From Basidiobolus meristosporus CBS 931.73 (taxonomy: Eukaryota; Fungi; Basidiobolomycota), in contig MCFE01000461.1 of the NCBI GenBank assembly GCA_002104905.1, forward strand, positions 7,165-71,164: a stretch of 64,000 nucleotides of DNA. The letters are read 5' to 3'. Made by a program: the position numbers and the translations under genes. This document shows positions 1 to 13,330 of this stretch, piece by piece. Within the stretch, counting starts at the first letter, position 1; the number at the start of each line of letters is the position of its first letter. The notes below the pieces were generated by a model, which did no database searches, was not told where the DNA came from, and was given only the letters and a program-made list of their open reading frames with translations.

Positions 1-531
1 AATATTAGTGGCTCATACTTGTCCGCTTAGCTGCAAATCAGACAGAGTATCTTTTCTTCATCATCCACACTAGCATTAATACTGTAAAGTTCTGCTGCAA
101 GTGTCTCCATTTTGGTAGTGAGTTTTAGCATGCCATCATCTGACTTCTTCCTCATGTTGAAGAACTTTTGTTTTGAATAAAGCTTGCTTAATACTGACTT
201 TGCTCTAAAGTTCTTCACTAAGGATTCCCATGCTGCTTTGGCAATATTTGAGGCATGGACTTGTCCAGTGAAGGAATCTTGCACATTGATACATATGGCA
301 TTAAAGGCCTTTCTCTCTTTCTCTTGAAACTTCTCCACTTCTGCTGCTGTTCCTTTGGGCTCAACTTCTTTCCTGTTACTATATTCCAAAGTCTCCTTTC
401 CTCAAGGTGGATCGGCATCTTGATTCTCCAAAGTCTGTAGTTCTTTCCATCAAACCTCTCCTGAACAGGGAAGATAATTGTGTTGTTCTGTTTGCTGGCA
501 GATGTCATCTTTAGAATAGATTAAGGCAGTT

Positions 532-544
532 GGGGCTCATAACA
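532..544 (-). promoter_or_regulatory. Primer-binding site complementary to the anticodon arm of initiator tRNA-Met (Ty5/copia half-tRNA type)
   Basis: Minus strand reads TGTTATGAGCCCC immediately after the LTR end; 11-nt match to GGTTATGAGCCC. Confidence 0.7.
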
Positions 545-913
545 TGTTGCAACTTAAGAGGTGTTTTGGATATAAGAAACTTATCAAGAAATAGTGATAA
601 TAGTTGAACTGTTGTTTATTGATAAAGAAGCTCAGTAGTTATACCTTTGTAGAAGTAATACAGCTGTGACACTAAGTAAAGAGGGTTTCTCAATATTCAG
701 GAGCATTCTGAAACAGTTTCGGGGTGAGTACATAATAGTTAGTATTAGTGCTAATTTGATCCTGACTATAGGGGAATAATCATAAGATCATAGATCTGAA
801 GAAAATGACAAAGTTGGAGCTGTAAATTAGCCCCACAGTAACCAAGACTAGTGCAGAATTGTTAAGTAAATTTTTAGCTGCACAATGATACCAACTAGTC
901 CAATACTTCAACA
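545..913 (-). repeat. LTR family A (369 bp), 5' LTR of copia element
   Basis: TGTTG...CAACA termini; homologous to 3776-4144 and 5376-5743. Confidence 0.9.
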
Positions 914-2900
914 TGAGAAATAATATGTTTGCCAGTATAAGTATACATCAAAGAAGAGACTCTACTATTGTATGAGGATGTGAAAATGGTCAGGTGATCT
1001 TGTGACTTTTTCATCAGACACAGACTGGCCATATATGGTGCAATCCTATGTAATCTATTGTGAGAGGCATCTATACAATGTTCTGTTGTGTCACATTGAC
1101 TTCAAGCTTTCAAGAAATTGCTGCAATGTAAAAGATTTTGTAGAATGAACTGAAGCTTCTTTGCCAGCTTGATATAGTCTCATCAGCAGTATTCAGGGCA
1201 GTTTTATGGTTCTGTTATAAGATACTCATCAGAGTTATGTTGCTGAGTATCAAGCTTTTCTAATTGCAGTTTCAAAGGCTGCCAGTTACACTGCATCTGT
1301 AACAGAAGGTGCTAAAGTTGGTTTCTTTGTTGAACACCATGAAATGGCTCCTTTGGCATGAGGAGAAATGTATCCTGAGGTGGATCTTCTATCCCTTGAC
1401 TTTTGTCCCCAATCAGCAACTGAGTATTGGACAAGATTTGGACCTGATCTATATACAAGTACCCTAAGTAGATATTAGTATATCCTTCTAAGCATGCAAA
1501 AATCACCTTAACAGATGAAGTATGATCAGATCATAGTACTAATAGTACAGAGTGACAGCTCCCACTAGATATGATATATCTGGACATGTTCCAAGCATAA
1601 TTAACATTAGATTGCCAGACACAGATTGGTGAGGTATGTCATGGTTCTCAGATAATACCAAAATCTCTTTATTTGGTAGAGTTTTGACCAAGCAAAGGTT
1701 TGCCTCCATTGGGGTTGCTCCCAGGTTACTTTCTTCCATCTGGTACTACTTAAGCATATCCTGAATATGCTTGGATTGGCTTAGGGTCAAAGTTAGGGTA
1801 CTGCTATTCATTGAGAGCTTGACCTCTGAGTAGTATCTGGGCTCATCTTGAATAGATCTCTTGAACTCCTTATATAGGCTAGATTTAGTCTATTCCATAA
1901 TTTTTTGATCATTGGTAGCTACAAGGAGATCTTTGTCTTATAGAGATAATAAACCTACACTTGCTCTATCTGGCCTGTAGTAGCTACTATAGGCTTTAGT
2001 ATTACTCAGGAAACTACAAGATTCCAACTAAACATTCTTTGTGTAATCCCAGCTTATTGGTGATTTTTTGAGACCATAAAGCATTTTTTCAGTCTGCAGA
2101 CCTAGTGGGGCCTATGTTAGTCAGTTGAGCCATGAGAATGGTCCATATACAATTCCTCATCAGATTATCCAGTCAAAAATGTAACTCAGGATAAGCTTTG
2201 CATAGATCTACATGGAAATAAGCAAATTTGACCCAACGTTTTGAGGTTTTGACTAGCTTGGAGCTCTTGAACATTTGTCTGGCTTGTTTCCTATATATGC
2301 AGCCCTTAAACAGCTTGTGATGTGCTGCAGTGTCACTTTTAACTTCAGATATCATCTGATCTCTGATGATTTTGTGCAAATAGTCAAATTGATATGTCCC
2401 AATCTCCTGTTAGGCATTCATATTGCTTCATTCAAACTGCCTACATTGACTCCCATATATAATAAAATACAAGTCAACTTGCATATATTTTTATCTATAA
2501 TGCCCAAGCCAAAACAAGCTTCATTTTGATTGTCCATATTATATCCAGATATGCCATAACAAAAACTGTGCTCTTATGATGTTGTCTCACTTACATATAT
2601 CTAGTTTCTGGCTATATCTGGTACATAGATTTTCATTGTGAAGATAAGTGGGGCTTCCTACGCTACTTCTGAGTTCTAATTGGATATTTGCCTCTTCAAC
2701 TGCATTCTGTGTTTTATTGACACTCATGAAAACCTTCTTGATTGGAAATTCAGGATACTTGAAAAAAAGGTCCCTTTTATGCATAAAGTGTTGAGATGCT
2801 CCAGAATAAATGTACCAAACATGAAAATTTTTGTTTGTGGTCTTATTTGATGCAAATATTAAAGTCTATTCTGGTTGTAGCAGCACATCCATATTTAGGC
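914..2900 (-). pseudogene. Decayed copia pol with internal deletion (protease, GAG-pre-integrase, RT, RNase H)
   Basis: MHKRDLFFKY protease-adjacent motif (2784), CIYRKQARQ.F...HVDLC pre-integrase/integrase start (2173-2379) jumping straight into RT-like sequence; many stops and frameshifts. Confidence 0.75.
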
Positions 2901-2969
2901 TCTTTTGCCCTAGTAGCTCTTTATTGAAGCATCTGACTGAGGGGGTCCTTTCCTTGTGCAGCTGCAGCA

Positions 2970-3500
2970 TGAAATGTTGCTACTGAAGACCAATAGGCAC
3001 ATGAAGAGGCTGTAGCACTGCTTCTATAGCAGTGCTCAAGAAAATGCACTTTGATATTGCATGGATATATTGCAAAGACTGGCAGGTGAGGTGCTAGACC
3101 TGCAGTGCTGGCTGAAGGCCAGGACACATGGGAAGCAGTGAATGAATATTAGAACAAAGCTTTAAGGTCTCCATAAATGACATGGAAAAAGGGCATTTTG
3201 GCTGAATCACTTATTGAATTGTGACCTTTAATGGAATAACTTGTTGATTGTGAGGTTGGGCTTAATGTTAGTACTGAGTACAGGTGCTTGTACAAGTCAG
3301 TTTGAGGTACAACTGAAGAATGAACTGAAAAAAACTCACTTGTATGAGCTTAGAGTAAGTGCATTGGCCAATACAGGAAGTAAGGATGGTGAAAAAGGGG
3401 CAAAAGTCATCCAGGATCATGAGTGAAAGAATGGGCAGAGAACCAATCATAAGTCACTGATGTATTGCTGTGATATGAATTTGACTACACTTTTGACAGA
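2970..3500 (+). mobile_element. Fragment of CMC-element ORF2 3' region
   Basis: Homologous to 13400-14044(-), 20480-21175 and 21540-22250 (SAQENAL..C.D.LQRLA.E.LD motif plus downstream non-coding motif). Confidence 0.7.
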
Positions 3501-3589
3501 AATGTGTCGCAATTTTTAATGATCTTTGCATAGTTGCTTCATGGCATCATTATTACCACTTTGTAATAGGGTTAAACTTGTGAGGTCAG

Positions 3590-5000
3590 GCTCAAAAATA
3601 CTCTAGGCAATGGATATTACTTTTGAGTAAACTTCAGACCATATGTCAGTTATCCAGCTTGTTTACACATATAGTAACCTCCTCTTACTTAAAATCAGTA
3701 TAATTACTCCAAAGACATCACCTTATGTGCAAATAATGCAATCTCTAGTAATATAAGGTGATGTGACCCAGGGTTTGTTGCAATTTAAGAAGTGATTTGG
3801 ATATAAGGAACTTATCAAGAAATAGTGATAATAGTTGAACTGCTGTTTATTCATAAAGAAGCTCAGTATTTATACCTTTGTAGAAGTAATACAGCTGCAA
3901 CACTAAGTAGGGAGGGTTTCTCAATATTCAGGAGCATTCTGTAACAGTTTCAGGGTTAGTACATAATGTTTGGTAATAGTGCTAATTTGATCCTGACTAT
4001 AGGGGAATAATCATAAGATCATATATCTGGAGAAAGTGGCAAAGTTAAGGCAGTAAATGAGTCCTACAGTGACTAAGACTAGCCTAGAATTGTTAAGTAA
4101 ATTTTTAGCTGCTGAATGATACCAAATAGTCCAATATTTCAACAGGGTTAAGCAACTCTGGACCTCAGGGGATGTCTGAAGGGGTGTCTTTGGACCAAAT
4201 GGGCCTCTAACAGTTGTTCCAAATGGTGAACTTGCACTACAGAGATGCTGAGAGGGTCCTCTTTAGATTAACAGTGTTTTGAGACTAAAAATGTGTCTTA
4301 AAAGTATAGGTGCTTCTCAGAGAGGACTTTTCCAACAGAAAAGTCAAAACTTTCTTGCAAAGCTCAAAATGTACACTGTGATCTTAGAAGCTTCTTCACT
4401 GATGCAATAATGATTAAGGTCAGGACAGTCAATAGAGAAAGTGATGCAAGCAAAGTCCTTAAGCTCTTGAACTCACAATGGCAGCATGGAGAATATGCCA
4501 AGTGAGTGTATTGCTTGATTTTCAGCTGGGGAAATCATATATGTGAAGTCCCCAGAGGATCAACTTTTTTGGGCATGTCATCAGTGAATACATATGATAA
4601 ATAGCTAAAATGATGCTTTGACACAGATCAGATATAGTTGCATCACCTACAAAACAACACATAAAATGATGGGCTAGATCAAATGTTACAAACAATCAAG
4701 TTCATCATTGCAACCTTAGCAATAGGGGGCTGGTACATTTGGTTGTTAGAATCTTTTGATCATAACTCTAAAAGCACTGCTTTAAATGAGCTGAGAGTTA
4801 AAATATGTACGGACTATGGAGTGTTCTGCTTGTTATAGCATTCTTGGAAAGATTAACTTCCATGGTCTTCAGTTGTAGTCCTTCAAAGTTCAAAATTCTG
4901 GATCTTTTGTTTGTGCATTACATTGGCAAAAGGCTAAGAAGAAATGAGTGCAATTTTGGTCCTAAGATGATATAGAGTTGATATACTTTGCATTACAATA
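3590..5000. repeat. Second copy of long LTR-like family W, interrupted by solo LTR A
   Basis: Colinear similarity to 15047-16140 (AGGCTCAAAA..TAGGCA, ACTTTTCCAACAGAAAAGT, TTCAGCTGGGGAA, ATACTTT.CATTAC); left end uncertain. Confidence 0.65.
3776..4144 (-). mobile_element. Solo LTR family A with 5-bp TSD GGGTT
   Basis: TGTTG...CAACA; GGGTT at 3771-3775 and 4145-4149. Confidence 0.9.
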
Positions 5001-5375
5001 CGTTTGTCCATTACTCATTTGATTAGGTAGCTGCCAGACCAACTAATAAGCTGAACTGGTTCTACAGATGATGTTCACATATGTTAGTCATTAGTCTGCA
5101 GTGGATTGATTTGGATCTGTAAGAAGAGGTTTGCCATGCTTGAACCATAACTTATAAAAGCAACTCAAAGACAATCCATCATCTTGTCCTAATTTTTTTC
5201 TCACAGTTACTACTACTGTTGCATTTGGTAGTGGCTCATTTTGCACATACAGACTTCTTCCTTGTTGACTATCATTGTAGCTACTTGTGTACATGTAGTT
5301 AGTGTTTTGCATCCTAGTCATTGAGTGCAGTGCTCTGACTTGTCCAAGCTAGATTGCAGTAGATGATGTTATATG

Positions 5376-5743
5376 TGTAGCAATGTAAGAAGTAATTTGG
5401 ATATAAGGAACTTATCAAGATACAGTGATAATAGTTGAACTGCTGCTTATTCATAAAGCAGATCAGTATTTATACCTTTGTAGAAGTAATACAGCTGTAA
5501 CACTAAGAAAGGGGGTTTCTTAAGATTCAGGAGCATTCTGTAACAGCTTTAGGGTTGGTATATAATGTTTTGTAAGAAGTGTTAATTTGATCTTGACTAT
5601 GGGGGAATAATCACAGGATCATAGATATAAAGAAACTGCTAAAGTTGGGCCTGCAAACATGTCCTACAGTAATCAAGACTAGTCTAGAATTGTTAAGTAG
5701 ATTTTTAGCTGCTGAATGATACCAAATAGTCAGTATTTCAACA
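5376..5743 (-). mobile_element. Solo LTR family A with 5-bp TSD ATATG
   Basis: TG...CAACA; ATATG at 5371-5375 and 5744-5748. Confidence 0.9.
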
Positions 5744-6009
5744 ATATGCTTACATAACCAGGCCTGCTTCAATGAACCTGTTTCCAATTGAGCAGCATTG
5801 CAAGTTTTGGCAGTTTTCACCAAGTTGTGCATGTTAATTTAGTACTTGGTGCTCTGGTGCAGGAAATTGGCATAGATTGGGTCAATGCATGCTGGTACCC
5901 TGAGATTGCAATGCTTTGTAAAAGCTCCATTGAAGCAAACAGGCACAATGCAGATGAAATATCTGTGTTATCTATTATTCCTCTTGAAACTAACCTTGTA
6001 ACTCTTCAA

Positions 6010-6125
6010 TTTTGCAATATTGGACTACTTTGTATTAACCAGAAGCTAAAAGCTCACTTTACTATTCTGGACTACTCTTGGTTACTGTGGGACTAACTTA
6101 CAGCCCTAACTTTGCCACTTTATAT
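6010..6125 (+). repeat. Partial LTR family A copy, inverted relative to the other three
   Basis: Reverse complement matches CCACAGTAACCAAGA.TAGT.CAGAAT...TAGTCCAATA of LTR A. Confidence 0.65.
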
Positions 6126-7802
6126 ATATAGCACAGAGTACATTAGACTTTTGACGCAAAAACCTGCTCCATACTCCTTGATTCCCAAAGCTGAGGTGTT
6201 AGCATGCATGTCTGGTATGTACATTCCCAGTAGCTCATTGCTACTATGCATTTGTTTATATGATGTATGTTACTAGGTGTAAATGGTGTATACAAACCAT
6301 GCAGGATTCTCATGGCAAAGCGATAGAGTTAAGGTAATAGAGGTATGTAATGTTATGATCTACCACTTAAATGTTGAAGTTAGATGTGTTTTTAGTCAAA
6401 TCAATTAGGTATATGCTTAGCCTATCAGTATATCAGTGTTACCTATCAAATCAGTAGCATTAGTCAGAAAATGAATCAGCAGACCTTTATCAGACAGTAA
6501 TAGATATATTAAGTAGGATCTTATTGGGTGATGATGATGCAATTAAATAAGTCATCAGCCACAACCTACATTAGGAAATACAATTAGTCAGCAATTGATC
6601 TTGCAAAATGTATATTAGGAGCTGCTGGAACCTCAATAAAAATCAGCTCAAGTTTTAGTGAATACAATACTAGCTAAACTCTCTATTCCTCTACAACACT
6701 TAAACCAAGACTTACAACATTGGTAGCAGCAATAACCAGAAACGTGCCTCCTAAAGAAAGAAGAAGCCTCCCTTAAGATGTCCAAAAATCAAGAATGGAA
6801 GAATGCTATGCAGCAAGTCCTGGCCCAATAGCAAAAGTTACTCCAGATCCTTAGCCAGCAGCAACAAGGAACAACTACCTTGGCCCAAAGGCAGCAAAAC
6901 CCTGTCAAGAGCTACTTTAGTGTAAAAGTCAACCAGTACCATGGTGGAGTCAATGAAAACCTGGGAACTTGACTTTTGTAGATTGAGGAAGCTTTCAAGG
7001 CTAAGAGATTTGCTTCAGAAAGTAAGTTGCATTTTGCAGCCTCTTACCTGGCAGATGCAGCTTTACTGTGGTACTACAACAAGATTAGGTAAGCCACCAT
7101 GATGGGATACTCTACAATATTTACCTGGGATGAGTTTGTGTTGGAAATTCAGGATGCTTTTGAGCCTCCACACCAGCCGACACTACTAGGAAGAAAGTTG
7201 AAGACACTCAGAGAAGAAAGGAATGGCTCAAGAGTACATCTATGAATATGAATGTCTAATTGAACAACCTGTTGAGAGAAGCTACTCTGCCATCAAGAAG
7301 GAGCTACTTGCCATAGTCTTTGCCTTGAAGAAGTTTCATTAGTACTGATGTGGTAACCCTTTTACTTTGTACACTAACCACCAAGCCCTTGTCTACATCC
7401 AAACTCAAAGGACTCTGACTTCAATGCTTACCAACTGGCTTGATACTCTACTTAATTATGAATTCACAGTTATTCATTGCCCAGGAATTCTCAACATCCT
7501 GCCTGATCACCTTCAAGACTTTTCCAACCTCACCTTGGGAGACATATGTGATTACTGACATAATCAGTAAGCTTACTACAACTTCCAAACTAATTTCTCA
7601 GCTGGATTCAGTGACTTGGAAAATCCCACATGCCAATGAGAGGAGAACATCGATACAGAGGAGTCATTTACTTGGCCACTTTGGAGCTGACACATTTATG
7701 AAGAAGCTACACTCAGATGGATATCACTGGCCAAGTATTAGAGCTGACTGCCTAGAATTTGTCAAATCTTGCAGAGAATGTCAACTTGACAATATCACCT
7801 GC

Positions 7803-8873
7803 TGTGGTGGTGTATAAGTCCAAGAGAGAGATACGTCCAACACTTCTCAAGTGTTTTTTGTGTGGGGTGTTCACTGGGTGCAATAACCTCTGGCAAAAGC
7901 TTGCTAGGAATACTTGGGTTCTGTCTCTAATCTAATGTGAAGGGGAATAAAGCCACAAGGTTGTCAAGGGAAAGCTATTGAGCTACAATCCCCAACTTAG
8001 TTGGCGTCTTAACAAAAGTATGTGCTGGGTTCAGCATCCTTTGAGATGACAGTATACTAAAGCTTCCAAAGTCAAAACAACTGTAAACTCCACCAGCAGG
8101 GACTTGATAAGAATGCAGCTGTGGTCAATAGTAACAAAGACAGAAAAGTATCTTTGCCTGTACAAGAACAAACTTGGGAAAGAATCAAATATAATAGAAG
8201 ATACCTACTCTGAGTATTCCTCACAAGTAGTGCCTCCAAGGTCAGTTGGCTGTCAGCATGGTTTCCCAGGAGTGTCCTGTGGTCTGTGGTTGGAAGTTCA
8301 GGTAGCAGCAGGTAGCAGTGATCACACTAATCAACAAGTTGATATATTGATAAAAGGGATGATGATTTATTGTTGAGGGATAGCCTCCCTTATATACTTT
8401 TCTCACTGGCTAAGTGATTACTAATCATGGTGTTCCAGAAGGTTCCGGATATCAATAGAAATCTTAATGACATCAGAATGACCTAAGAATGTTCTAAGTA
8501 GGTGCCAGAAGGTTCGAAGAGGCACAGCACATCCAACCAATCAAGAATCAGTACTCTGAAACCTGTGTAACATGGGGATACCATATATGGTATGGAAACG
8601 GTGGGGATGGTGACACAGGTTGGTCATGTGTCACGGGTACTGGCACGGGTACTTGTCAAATATAGAAGTACTGGTAGCTAGTAATCTTACATAAAGTGAG
8701 GGGTAACTTATGCAATAAGGTAAGCAGGTGTGATAGTCAACCGGCTTATGGGATAGTACTGATTGGGTAAGACAAATGGGATAAAACTAAAATAAGTGTA
8801 GTAGAGATATAGGGAAGTAGAAAATAAGGGAATGAGCACATCTGTCAGTGGGTGTCACTGTCACCCCACTACA
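7803..8873. mobile_element. Solo LTR-like insertion (1071 bp) inside the gypsy integrase, 4-bp TSD
   Basis: Termini TGTGGTGG...CCACTACA; TSD CTGC/CCGC; removing it restores in-frame N-I-T-R-H-G-F-H. Confidence 0.8.
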
Positions 8874-9954
8874 CCGCCATGGATTTCACTCTTCAATTCC
8901 CATCCATGCAAGCCTTGCTATGGATCATATTGTAATTGATCTAGCTGGACCTTTCACCACTAGTGATGATGGTAATCACTACCTCTTTGTAAATGTGGAT
9001 GTCTGCACATATTTGTCTTCCTCAAAGCTATCCCAGACAAGTATGCTGCCACTAGTGCACAAACATTATTCAAGCTCTTCTGCCTATTTGGAATCCCTAA
9101 GGTCATTCAGTTGGATAATGGAACAGAATTTGTGAATCACGTGATCCAAGCCCTTTGCCAGAATAGCACCATTGATCACTGTCTGATCACTCCCTATCAT
9201 TGCAAAGCTAATGGACTTGCTGAAAGACATGCTCAGGCCTCAGTAAACATCACCAGGAAATCTATCAAAGGTATCAAGAAGAATTGGGACAAGTACATTC
9301 CAATAGTACAGTACACTTTTAGCACCAAATTGCTGCTCTACATGAATCAATGCCATTTTCTTTGATGTTTAGAAGAAAATTCAACCACTTTGGAGACTAC
9401 CTGAATACAGAGTTAGCAAAGTTGAATACAAATGAGCTAAAGAACCAACTTGAGTACCTTACCAACATTATCTACCCCGCTATTAGTGCCAGAAGTAAGA
9501 CTTTGCTGCTAAAGATGACTTCAACATACACCTCAAGACACAGGAACAGCAGTTTTCCTGATTGGTCATATATCATGACACTAGATCCAATCCAACAATC
9601 TAAACTTGACCTCAAATATGAAGGCCCATTCAAGTTGTCACATGTACCACTGGAGGATCTTATGTACTTCAGGACAATACTAGAGCACTGCTACCCAAAA
9701 ATGTTCCACCTTCTTCACTGAAGCTTATATCTCAAGACCCAGTTACTTCAGAATCCTATGAATCTGAAGCTATTGTTGACCATGATGGAGAAGAACCAAA
9801 TTGCCTTTATTTAGTCAAGTGAAAAGGTTAAAATGCCAAAAACAACATCTGGGAACCTTATACCAACATTGATGATGTTGCCATCATTGATCAGTGTTGG
9901 AGCTGCAGGGGAACCCAGAAGATATTAAGAAACTCCTCTCCCAGGAGGAAGTGA

Positions 9955-10651
9955 TGTTGTGCATTAACATTTAAAACTTAGCCTATTTTACTCCATTAGA
10001 AAATCTAGAACCCTACATGATTATCTCTAACCCAAACATAGCTAATCCCAGTTATAGTTTATTTTATCACATCTCAGAATTTATTTTGAGCTGTGACACC
10101 TGATCATTTTTCATGCAGTCATTACATCCTCAACTGATTTGCTAATCCTTTCCAAGTGACTAGTCATCTGAGATCTTTCCAACCACTTAGTAGCTGCCAA
10201 GACATCAGCAGATTAATGATGCAATCTCTCATTTATCTTATGCACCTATGAGCACCCCAACATATTTCAATTACTCCAGTCTCTTGGTGCTTACTATATC
10301 AACTTGATCAGAATATGTAATAATGATTACTAAACCTTATGGTTTAGTATGCGTCTCAACAAAATTAGGATTGTGCCTCAGCAAAACTAAGAATTCAACA
10401 TTGTTGTTCTAGTTTCCACCAAAGCCTAGTATATCTAGCATTCCCAAGAGCACCAAGCCTAGCCTGCATAGCAAACCAACTCCGTTGCCATTATAGCCCA
10501 ACTCAGCTGTAAACACAACTAATATTAGACCAGAACCTCTCTGCTAATATTTCTGTGACTCTCGACAATTCTTAGATTCTGCACTTAGTTGTCAATGAGG
10601 TTCAGTTAACTCATTCAAGATATTTATTTCACTTTTGTCTTGGATACAACA
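9955..10651 (+). repeat. LTR family C (~697 bp), 3' LTR of the chromovirus
   Basis: Follows AGGAGGAAGTGA; TGTTG...CAACA; inverted copy at 11035-11730. Confidence 0.8.
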
Positions 10652-10746
10652 GGAAGAAGCTCTGCCTAAGTTCAGGGAGCTTAATGCTAAGGTGGAGAGA
10701 GAAATTTATTAGGACTAGTCAGTATCAGCATTTAGTTGACTGCAAG

Positions 10747-11795
10747 TATTATAATAAATTGTGATTCCCCCTAAATACTCACCTATCTTAGTCACTTGAA
10801 TCATTACCTCCAAATCCTAGAGATTACTGACCAAAATATTTGTTGGGATTTACTTTGAATATTTTCACCAAAATATCAGGTACCCATAACATAAAAACTC
10901 TCAAAGTTGCTCAAACAGCCCCAAACTTTGCACAAATGCTTTTGGGACCTTTCTAAGCCCATTATATATGTTTTTATTCCAAGGCCAAGTATAAGTATAT
11001 ATACTACTTTTACATTCAACAAATGATTGAGTGATGTTGTATCCAAGAGAAAAGTGTAATAAAGCTCTTGAATGAGTTAACTGAACCAAAGTGATAACTA
11101 AGTGCAGAATCTTAGAATTGTTGAGGGTGACAGAAATATTAGCAGAAAAGTTCTGGTCTAATATTGGTTTTGTATATAGTTGATTTGGGCTATATAGGCA
11201 ACAGATGTGGTTTGCTATGCAGGCTAGGCTTGGTGCTCTTGGGAATGCTAGATATGCTAGGCTTGGGTGGAAACTAGAACAACAATGTTGAATTCTTAGT
11301 TTTGCTGAGGCACAATCTTAATTGTGTTGAGACACACACTAAACCAAAAGGTTCAGTGATCTTTATTTATATTTTCTAATCAAGTTGAATTAGTAAGTGC
11401 CAAGAGACTGGACTAATTGAAATCTGCCAGGGTGTTGATAGGTGCATAAGATAAATGAAAAATTGCATCATTAATCAGCTGATGTCTTGGCAACTACTAA
11501 GTGGTTGGATAGATCTCAGATGACTAATCCTTTGGAAAGGCTTAGCAGATCAGTTGAGGATGTAATGGCCATTTGAAAATTGATTGTGTGTGACAGCTAA
11601 AAATAGATTTTGAGAAGTAATAAAATAAACATACCAGGGATTAGCTATGTTTTGGTTAGGGAAAATCAGTCAGGGTACTAGATTTTCTAATGGAGTAAAT
11701 TGGCTAAGTTTTGAATGTTGATGCACAACCAGTGAAAACTACATAATCTATTTGTTCTCCCAATAGCTTCTAATATCTCCAAGATTCTTACAACA
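10747..11795. repeat. LTR family B copy interrupted by solo LTR C
   Basis: 10747-11034 plus 11736-11795 align with 14045-14394 and 22939-23286. Confidence 0.8.
11035..11730 (-). mobile_element. Solo LTR family C with 5-bp TSD AGTGA
   Basis: Reverse complement of 9955-10651; AGTGA at 11030-11034 and 11731-11735. Confidence 0.85.
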
Positions 11796-11799
11796 GTTA

Positions 11800-13330
11800 T
11801 AATGCAAACTCCTCAGGCTTGCAGTTAAGTAGGCTGTTGAGAATCTCTGCAGAGCTGCCAGCTGATCATTATGATGATGTAGATGAGAATTTAGCAAACG
11901 CTGTTGCATTGGTTGAGAACCCGTAAGTGGCCATCATAACATCACAACCACCCATATTAGCAAGTATGTTGTCAGCTCATACCAAAGCATTAATGAGGCA
12001 CATAGGTGCAGTGGCTGATAGGATAGATGCAATGGCCAGAGCAATCAGGAGTCAATCCAGAGACAGGATGAGGGGATAATATGTGCTGAACAATTGATAT
12101 CCCAGGTAGTGAACACAGTATCCTTGCTGCAAAGAAGGAACTCAGGTAGCACAATGTCACAGCTAAGAATTGAGCCATTTCCCAATTTGACATCAGAGGA
12201 ACACTATACAGTCTTTGAAGCATTACTGCAATGCCCAAAGATAAAGCTCACAGAAAAACCTATCATGCCATGGCATGGAGACACTGTGGTGTTTATACCA
12301 TAGCCTAAAAATCAAAAGACATTGAAGATCTGTGACGCCTTTGAGTGCACTGATGATGAGTGGGCTAATTTTGATGAGGCTGTCATAAGTCTAGCATGCC
12401 ATCACCTTAAGGCCAGCATACCATGTGACCTTCAGGAACTCAAGGCAAATGGGATGTGCCTGCCCTGTTACATGAGCATTTTGCTAAATACAAACATACA
12501 AGCAGATCTTGGACAAGCATTGGTATGCCAAGAAAGCATTTCAAGAGTAGCAGAAACAATCAAAGGCAGAAAGCCGGGGCAACATGGCTAAAAAATCAGT
12601 GGCTTCATCAGGGAATCATAACAAGCAGGACCCAAAGCTCTCAGTAAGCACCAAAGAGACACTAGGTAGCTGGGAGAGTGCCAATGAGGGACAAGCAGGT
12701 AGACACAGTTGCACCTGCATAACATTTATCAAGGGAAAAGCGTATTCCATTTAAGAAGCACTGAGTCAAGGTAGCTGTGAAGGACCTGACAGTGATTAAA
12801 TCCCAGCAGCTTCCTCAAGTTCCTGTCACAATCAGGGCTAAAGGCATAAACAAGTGGCAAAGAAATGTCAGCTTGCCAGAAGAGCTCTGATGAGGAATAA
12901 GAAGGCTGAAACAGGTGCACCAGTACAGGATTTATGAAGAAGAAAATGTAGCTCAATACCAGAAGCACCCAGACAAAGTAGCAGTCAAAAACCTGGCAGT
13001 GTTCAAGAAAAAGGAAAGCAGAAAAAATTCTACCCAAGCCAAGACCAGGAAGCATAAGGAGAATGCTGCAGCTGTTGCCAATTAATGCCTTACACCTGGA
13101 CCAGGCTGAATCCTATCATAGCCTATAAGAATAACCAACAAGACAAATGCTGTTTTCTTAAGAGTTAGAAGCACAGCTAGTTAAGCTACAATACAGTGAG
13201 GTAAATGAGCTTGCAGAGAAAGGCAACTTGTCTATCACAGCCACCATTGTAGACAGAGTGGATATCCCACTGATAGATACAGCTACAGTGTTAAGAACTC
13301 AAAAGACAATTGCAACAACTACTGTTAAGT
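11800..13330 (+). pseudogene. Truncated plus-strand copy of CMC-element ORF2
   Basis: PILASMLSAHTKALM, MSQ.RIEPF.N...EEH.TVFEA..QCPKIK.TEKPI and EAPRQSSS..PGS motifs shared with 14400-17110(-). Confidence 0.8.

Larger units (their letters stand above)
1..913 (-). mobile_element. Ty1/copia LTR retrotransposon, 5' part (LTR, PBS, decayed gag); continues beyond window start
   Basis: ORFs 218-508 and 27-389 give copia gag motifs in two frames (FDGKNYRLWRIKM..LEERRLWNIVTG; AKAAWESL...KQKFFNMRK), directly downstream of LTR 545-913 and a PBS. Confidence 0.85.
6351..10651 (+). mobile_element. Decayed Ty3/gypsy chromovirus (probably chimeric; protease and RT missing)
   Basis: PBS TGGTAGCAG at 6721 after ...ACAACA; gag (KVNQYHGGVNEN); RNase H (KELLAIVFALKKF, LYTNHQAL); integrase HHCC (HLLGHFG...CRECQ) and core (HIVIDLAGP, DNGTEF, ANGLAER); chromodomain (AIVDH...YLVK.KG...WEP) ~9760-9900; purine tract then LTR at 9955. 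Left boundary approximate. Confidence 0.85.

Noticed and set aside
2921-3127. Apparent gag zinc knuckle (KVHFLEHC) on the minus strand
   Set aside because: The segment is the antisense of a CMC ORF2 fragment that aligns with other copies on the plus strand.
5000-6009. Possible gag relic on the minus strand around solo LTR 5376-5743
   Set aside because: Only vague similarity; no diagnostic motif.
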